A DNA stretch of 63,819 nucleotides, filler included, from Lenisia limosa (lineage: Eukaryota > Protista > Breviatea), in assembly GCA_001655205.1 (NCBI GenBank). It is 15 parts of 15 records of this genome, joined end to end, with 100 filler letters (N's around TTAATTAATTAA, not from the genome) between each part and the next. Parts side by side here need not be neighbours in the genome. Positions count along the whole stretch, not along the records: positions 61,414 to 63,819 come from LPNZ01008398.1; 14 more parts are not named here. One strand, 5' to 3'. Below the pieces are notes generated by a model. That model was given only the letters and a program-made list of their open reading frames with translations. It made no database searches and was not told where the DNA came from. The number at the start of each line of letters is the position of its first letter. Position 1 is the first letter of the stretch. Below are positions 61,420 through 63,819 of the stretch, piece after piece. The position numbers were made by a program, and so were the translations under genes.

Positions 61420-63720
61420 CCTCCACCCGGGGCTGTGGGGTGAGATGCAGGGAGTGAAAGAGGGAAAAAAACAAACAAACAAAAAAATTATGAAACAAAA
61501 ACAAAAACACAATCAACTCTGTTTGTTAAGCATTTGGCACACTAGGGTTAAAAATAGAGCTTCACCCTCAGCTCCAAAAAATACTGAATTCTCAACAAAT
61601 CCTTGATAAATATCGATATTTTGTTAGTTTTTTGGAGCCTGAAGTGAAGCTCATGTTAAAAACAACAGAAAACCCTCACACAGGGTCCGTATTGTGAGGG
61701 AGATACACTCGCCGGGGGAGGGCGGTGTGACGTTCCATGCGATTTCGAGTTGAGGGAGTGGGGAATTTGGTGGTGGTCGTGGGAGTGGGAGGAGTGATGG
61801 GGGTTTGGATGGAGGTCGTGGGGACCGTGTTCCGGCCGCGGCTTAACAGGTTTATTTCGTTGAATAGCGACATCGGGAATATCCTAAAGAAGTCACGAAG
61901 TGGGGGGAGTGGAGTATCATGAAAGAAAAAAAAAGAAGCCAAAATCAACTCAGTTGGCTGACAACACACGAGGGTTGATAATAACAAAACTAACAAAGCT
62001 CAGGCAAGTCGCTTCTGCNNNNNNNNNNNNNNNNNNNNNNNNNNNNNNNNNNNNNNNNNNNNNNNNNNNNNNNNNNNNNNNNNNNNNNNNNNNNNNNNNN
62101 NNNNNNNNNNNNNNNNNNNNNNNNNNNNNNNNNNNATGTGTTTTCCCAAGGAAAAGAGGTCAAGACTTCCCGGTCACTATTATTTTCATCACCATCATCA
62201 TTTTCTTTCATAAGAAGTAGTGTAATATTGTATTCTTATCTGTAACTCCCTCACAGTATTTCGGCTTTCCGCATGGCTTCGGTCGGTGAGAACAGCTGCT
62301 AAGTTAAAACAGATTATGAGATCAGTTTAAAATAGCTATAAAGTTAAAAACAGATTTTGAGATAAGGCTAGAATGGTTATAAGTAGGGCTTCCCTACAGT
62401 CCCAAAAAGACTGAATTTCTCGATAGATCCTCGAAAACTATCGATATTTTACCGGTCTTTTTTCAAACTGAAGTAAAGCCCTTAGCATGTTTTCTCAAAA
62501 ACAGTCATCATCCTTACCTCCCCCTCACAATCTTCTTGGGACTTCAAAGCAAGCCGCTTCTGCTTTTCTATTGCCCTCAGTTCCTTGAAGTAGGGATGTC
62601 GTAAGGCTTGGCGTGCGGACAGTCTGGTGTGGGTTAAAATGAGAAATACAGTGACCAGAATAAGTCTTGACCGATTTGTTTTGTGATTTTCCAATGAAAA
62701 TCGGTCAAGACTTATCCCGGTCACTGCACATGAAACAAAAAAACCCGGAATCAACTTTGTTACGGGTGGGGGGTGAAAAGAAGGAAATTTTAACCTGATG
62801 GAATGGTATAAAAATGACCTCAAAACAAAAAAAAAATATGACATTTTCATTTTCCCGATAATAATTCATATCAAATAGATGTCACCTTCGTACATGAGCT
62901 TTTGCACAATCAAACCAACAATCATTATAATAAGGATTGTTGAAATAAGGATTGTTAATTCCATTCTGCGTACCTCTCTTCTGGATCATAGATCAAGAGC
63001 TTTTCAATCAAGTCAATCGCCTCAGATGAGCAGTGGGGAATGAGAGTGTCCAGTGAGGTGGCTGAAAAGTGGGTTTTGAGGGGTTTATGGATCCCCTATG
63101 TATTAATTCAATATCTTTAAGCCTGATGGTGTGGAGCTTCGGCCAGATACAACCTTATTCTGATTGCTCGAGAGTATATCATATGAAATGATATGTATTA
63201 ATTTGTTTCTCATAATTTTGAATGTACTATTTCTGTTTCAAAAAACCATGGTCCTCGGATGAACATTGGTGAGGGTGTGAGGGTAGTGTTGGTATTTTTG
63301 GCTCATTATATGGCTAATTGTGGCTATACTTTGTATTCAATGAGTCTGAATATCAGAATTATTGGGATAGACACATACACTGAACACAATAAGCTCTGAC
63401 ACGGATATTGAGCTTAATCTTTAGTCAATCTTTAATAATATCATCCTTTTTTAAAACCAACTTACAGGATTGAGGAACAAAGCTCAGAAGCATGTGGCTT
63501 GTTTTACTGGATGGTGAGAAAATGAAGCATGAAATAATACGCCTAAAGTTAATTTCCTTATCCAAGTCAGGAATACAACTTATTCGGGCTCTTTTGTGCT
63601 CATAAATCTCACATTTATCCCCCCCCCCCTCACGCTTGGAGACTTCGTAAGACTTGCTGTGACGGAGTGCCAAGAACCTTATGGATTCGATCGATTTGGT
63701 CAGCTTCTGGGGAGTGGGGG
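61420..63720 (-). CDS. CMGC Ser/Thr kinase of the RCK group (MAK/ICK/MOK-like): C-lobe and His/Pro-rich tail
   Basis: EADQIDRIHKVLGTPSQQVL ... ATSLDTLIPHCSSEAIDLIEKLLIYDPEER|LSARQALRHPYFKELR matches kinase subdomains X-XI of MAK/MOK-type kinases. Confidence 0.8.
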
Positions 63721-63819
63721 GAAAATTAGAAAATTAATGAAACCAAAAAAAGGCGTAAAAATGGAAATATTATGAAACTGAAAAATAAAATAAGCGTAAA
63801 AATGGAAAATGCGAGGAGT

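Noticed and set aside
1-63819. rRNA, tRNA, snRNA genes, CRISPR arrays or prokaryotic operons
   Set aside because: None recognised by eye. tRNAscan-SE or Infernal would be needed to exclude small RNAs.

Overview
Eukaryotic, intron-rich, AT-rich genomic DNA; the taxon cannot be fixed from sequence alone, though a unicellular eukaryote is plausible. The window is not one locus. It is about 15 contigs or scaffolds joined by 14 artificial 100-nt spacers (44 N + TTAATTAATTAA + 44 N), so adjacency across spacers means nothing. Recognisable genes: a DNA polymerase delta catalytic subunit fragment, a PP2A B'' (PR72-type) regulatory subunit, a MAK/ICK/MOK-type kinase, a multi-ASH(Ig-like)-domain protein, LamG-, BTB- and P-loop-containing fragments, and several unidentified multi-exon genes. 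It also holds an internally deleted Tc1 element and at least six dispersed repeat/MITE families. Headline: the PP2A B'' gene rebuilds as an uninterrupted, family-colinear protein when four ultra-short introns (24, 22, 22, 22 nt) are removed. Two of the 22-nt introns are GT...TG rather than GT...AG, which suggests a tiny-intron class with a length-defined, relaxed 3' splice site alongside conventional introns. A second notable signal is a strand-biased intronic repeat whose end repeatedly supplies the 3' splice site (Introner-like). All splicing models are manual and need RNA evidence.
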